This document shows positions 49,929 to 52,612 of a stretch of DNA of 52,612 nucleotides, one piece after another. This DNA is from Nitrospinota bacterium (GTDB lineage: Bacteria > Nitrospinota_A > UBA7883 > JACRLM01), in assembly GCA_015231995.1 (NCBI GenBank), contig JADGAO010000001.1, forward strand, positions 1 to 52,612, read 5' to 3'. How positions within the stretch are numbered: the first letter of the stretch is position 1; every line of letters starts with the position of its first letter. The position numbers and the translations under genes were made by a program. The notes beneath the pieces are model-generated. The model ran no database searches. It saw only the letters and a program-made list of their open reading frames with translations, and was not told where the DNA came from.

Positions 49929-51563
49929 CTAAATGAGAGTTGATTTGACAATGGCGAGAATATTCACGGAGCCTAAATTCGACAGGGTAAGCTCCATATT
50001 TCCGCTGTTTACCGACACATCAATCGAATAGGGGACGGATAACGTCCCTATCCGGAAACTTTTCACGAAATCAGCCGATAAGCCGCGCCGTTTGGCCCGA
50101 ATCTCGAAATATTCGTCATCGCCGGAAGCCGGATCGGACAGGTAAACCCGCCATAGGGATACCAGCGACGCGGATGTTCCGATGACGAATGTCTGGCCGG
50201 ACGGGACAAGCGTTGTGACGGAATCGCCGTCCGCGTTTATCACGCCTGCGTACCCGCCAGACCCACCACCATAGAAATGCGACGTAACGCCGATTTTAGG
50301 AGGCTCCGCCGTGTTCCATGCTTTACCAGAGCCGCGAAGCATGGTTATGTAACGCCTGCTTCCGCCAGACTCGCGGATGAACGAGAATCCCCGGCGGGCG
50401 ATTGGCGGGTGGTACGCGCCCTTTGTCAAAGGTATGGCCACACCGTTGTCCGCTCCGATCCATACGCCGGATTCCGATGTCCAGACGGCCACTGTCCCGG
50501 TCGCCCCGTCCATGTTGAAAATCGAAGCGTCGGCGGTCGTATAGCAGTTTTCCATGACCGGCTCCGCGCTCAATGGCGTGGCGATGAAAACAACGCCGGT
50601 CTCTTTCTCATCCACACGGATGAAATAAACCCGTTCGCTGTCGCTGACATACATTCCGCCGCCAACGGACGCGATCATGGTTATTCGGGAGCCAAACCGC
50701 ATGGATGCGAATATGTCGAATAGCTCGTAGTTGTGCGGGTCGCTTGCGTAAATGAAGTTATCGCAGGCCACATAGATACGCCCGTTGTGATAGACAGCGA
50801 TATGGCCGGAGGGTGGGTTGGTTTTGTACGCGGTGGTCAGAACATCGCCAAACGTCTCCGTTCCGTCCATAACGAGGCAAGAGGCCACGCTTGCCGACAG
50901 TTCCTGGGCGAGGTATAGCTCATGCCCGTCCTGATCGGACACGTAAACATTTACCGTATCCACGCCGGAATCTGTGGATTGCGGAATATCGGAAATAGCA
51001 AAACCATCGAATCCTTCCGGCAGGTCGAAAATCCGTATCCTGGACGCTCCGGATTCCCTCCCGTCTCTATGCGCGTAAGTCAGCGCGATAAGGTATTGCC
51101 CCGGAGAGAGCGCCCCGCCCGCGACGGGTTCAATCTTGAAACTATCCAATGGCGGGATGATTCCCCAGAGCCGAACCGCCCCGTCTTTATAAACCCTGCT
51201 TTTTGTCCCCTCCGTGAAATAGACCCCACCGGCCACTTCGCAGTAAGTTATCGGCTCTTCCCAACCGGAACCGGCGGTTTCGAGAACCTGAACGGAGGGA
51301 ATGATGGACGCGCCGGATTCCTTGACCGCAAGTTCCTTTATCTCTTTGCCTTCGGCGTAAATAACAGTGTCTTCACCCACTGGATAAACGCTGTGAACTC
51401 CGGAACCAGCCTGGACAAGCTCGTAACCATCTCTGCGCGACACCTTCATGCCAGCGTCGTCAATATCCACGTTCTTCGCCGTGACAAGCCACGACGCGCC
51501 GATTTCCGATGGGTCGGCCACATTGTTAATTCCTTTCCATTCGCGCAAGAAAGCTGTCGGCAT
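49929..51563 (-). CDS. Putative tail / baseplate-type structural protein (beta-rich)
   Basis: 544 aa. The N-terminus LREWKGINNVADPSEIGASWLVTAKNVDIDDAGMKVSRRDGYELV, followed by repeated beta-strand-like segments, is reminiscent of phage tail tube/nozzle proteins. The assignment is tentative. Confidence 0.5.
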   Translation of the reverse strand: MPTAFLREWKGINNVADPSEIGASWLVTAKNVDIDDAGMKVSRRDGYELVQAGSGVHSVYPVGEDTVIYAEGKEIKELAVKESGASIIPSVQVLETAGSGWEEPITYCEVAGGVYFTEGTKSRVYKDGAVRLWGIIPPLDSFKIEPVAGGALSPGQYLIALTYAHRDGRESGASRIRIFDLPEGFDGFAISDIPQSTDSGVDTVNVYVSDQDGHELYLAQELSASVASCLVMDGTETFGDVLTTAYKTNPPSGHIAVYHNGRIYVACDNFIYASDPHNYELFDIFASMRFGSRITMIASVGGGMYVSDSERVYFIRVDEKETGVVFIATPLSAEPVMENCYTTADASIFNMDGATGTVAVWTSESGVWIGADNGVAIPLTKGAYHPPIARRGFSFIRESGGSRRYITMLRGSGKAWNTAEPPKIGVTSHFYGGGSGGYAGVINADGDSVTTLVPSGQTFVIGTSASLVSLWRVYLSDPASGDDEYFEIRAKRRGLSADFVKSFRIGTLSVPYSIDVSVNSGNMELTLSNLGSVNILAIVKSTLI

Positions 51564-51566
51564 CGG

Positions 51567-52238
51567 CTACACTCCGTTGTAGGGAACCCTGATCTCGCCC
51601 AGATTGGCGAAAAGGTTCACGCTGGCGACGCTTAACGGTCTGCCGAACGCATCGGAGAAAAGGCCGTCGTAATAGTCGGCCTTCTGGAGATTTCCGGATT
51701 CGGCGTCATCCTTCCGGTAAATCCAAGCTAATGCCCTGTATGCCAGATGGGGGTGATAAACCTCGTCTATCTCCGGAATGTCCGTATCCAAAGCCAACCG
51801 CGCCAATGGCCGCCTTATAACGTCGAACCAAATAGCGTCATCAGCATTCGGAATAGGGACAAGACGTAATTTTTTAGTCTGAAGCCCCAAAATGAAATAC
51901 ATCGGAACGCCCACTGGCCTGTTCCAGTAAGGATCGAGCTTTTCAAGGGTCGTTACGCTCGCCGGGGTCAAAACGCGGTTGTTCGACCTCAACACGGCGC
52001 GGTTAATCGAGATGATCCGGTTATCCAGAGGGACGTAAGGCTGGTCAAACGTCACCACCGCGCTACACACCGCGCCAGTCGTTCCATCCGCTATCAACCC
52101 GGCTCGGATACACGCCTGATTCACAGCCTCGTTTAGAAACCGCAGAATCTCCGCGCTGGACACGAACCGGTCGCCCGCGTAAGGCGATTCGTCAAGAAAC
52201 AACTGACGAACCATCGCCTCCAACTCACCAACGGTCAT
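51567..52238 (-). CDS. Putative head-tail adaptor-like structural protein
   Basis: 223 aa. Position and the N-terminal helical pattern (SSAEILRFLNEAVNQACIRAG) suggest a connector/adaptor. Weak evidence. Confidence 0.45.
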   Translation of the reverse strand: MTVGELEAMVRQLFLDESPYAGDRFVSSAEILRFLNEAVNQACIRAGLIADGTTGAVCSAVVTFDQPYVPLDNRIISINRAVLRSNNRVLTPASVTTLEKLDPYWNRPVGVPMYFILGLQTKKLRLVPIPNADDAIWFDVIRRPLARLALDTDIPEIDEVYHPHLAYRALAWIYRKDDAESGNLQKADYYDGLFSDAFGRPLSVASVNLFANLGEIRVPYNGV

Positions 52239-52459
52239 TTCTTAGCCTTATCCCTCTGCGTTTCCACGGGGGTGTCCTGCGCCGCGTATTCCCTGTAATG
52301 GCGGCCTGCATGTTTGAGGAACCTTTCGACATGCGATGGCTCCGTCACTTCCGCCACATGATGTCCTTTGGAATTGGGCGCGAATATGTATATGGTGTCC
52401 GGATTCGTCATCTGAACCTGACTGCCGTCTTTTCGTCTAATCAGTGATTCGATAAGCAT
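52235..52459 (-). CDS. Hypothetical small phage protein
   Basis: 74 aa. AGGAGG lies 7-8 nt upstream of the ATG. ATGA overlap with the next gene. Confidence 0.6.
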   Translation of the reverse strand: MLIESLIRRKDGSQVQMTNPDTIYIFAPNSKGHHVAEVTEPSHVERFLKHAGRHYREYAAQDTPVETQRDKAKK

Positions 52460-52473
52460 GTTTCAATGACCTC

Positions 52474-52612
52474 CTATTTGTTCGAGTATGTGACCTGGAG
52501 GGTGAGTTTCCCCGGCGCGGCGCCCGCCGGAGCCATTGCGATTTTCGCCGCAATTATCCGGTCATGCGCTGTTGGAGCGATCCGGTATGCGTTCGGGGAG
52601 TTCATCTCCATA
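52474..52612 (-). CDS. 3' end of a structural gene truncated by the window edge
   Basis: The minus-strand frame is open from the window edge to the TAG at 52474-52476 (...IAAKIAMAPAGAAPGKLTLQVTYSNK*). It lies directly upstream of the 74-aa gene. Confidence 0.4.
   Translation of the reverse strand, partial: MEMNSPNAYRIAPTAHDRIIAAKIAMAPAGAAPGKLTLQVTYSNK

Overview
The window is a short stretch of host chromosome followed by about 49.5 kb of an integrated tailed-phage genome that runs off the right edge. The host part (about 1-3161) holds a secreted CHAP-domain cell-wall hydrolase with tandem repeats, a small SRP RNA (ffs) and a tRNA-Pro(GGG). From the tRNA rightwards the prophage has five parts. 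(1) A tyrosine integrase and excisionase sit next to the tRNA. (2) An iteron-like repeat field with an AT-rich tract follows. (3) A leftward early/replication operon encodes a PrimPol-DUF3987 primase/helicase, a Cas4-like Fe-S nuclease, an SF2 helicase, DUF669, a Sak4-like AAA_24 ATPase and a Cro-like HTH protein, divergent from a CI/LexA-type S24 repressor. (4) A 13-kb single-strand type I R-M operon (hsdM...hsdS...hsdR) has other defence genes nested inside it: an Abi_2 gene, an uncharacterised 3-TM protein flanked by small ORFs including two proline-rich paralogues, an hsdS with an extra roughly 208-aa C-terminal domain, and an IetAS-like AAA+ ATPase / S8 subtilase pair. (5) The late region encodes a giant polyvalent, DarB-like protein of about 3.9k aa (N6-adenine methyltransferase, SNF2 helicase, HExxH motif, C-terminal TM region), three proteins of unknown function, two LamG-repeat tail fibres and further virion genes. 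The main oddities are all read directly from the sequence. The giant gene changes frame at a G6/C6 homopolymer. A 188-codon ORF with its own Shine-Dalgarno and a sensible protein sequence lies fully inside the giant ORF in another frame. The type I R-M operon is unusually heavily loaded with nested genes. All functional calls rest on motif recognition by eye; no database search was possible.
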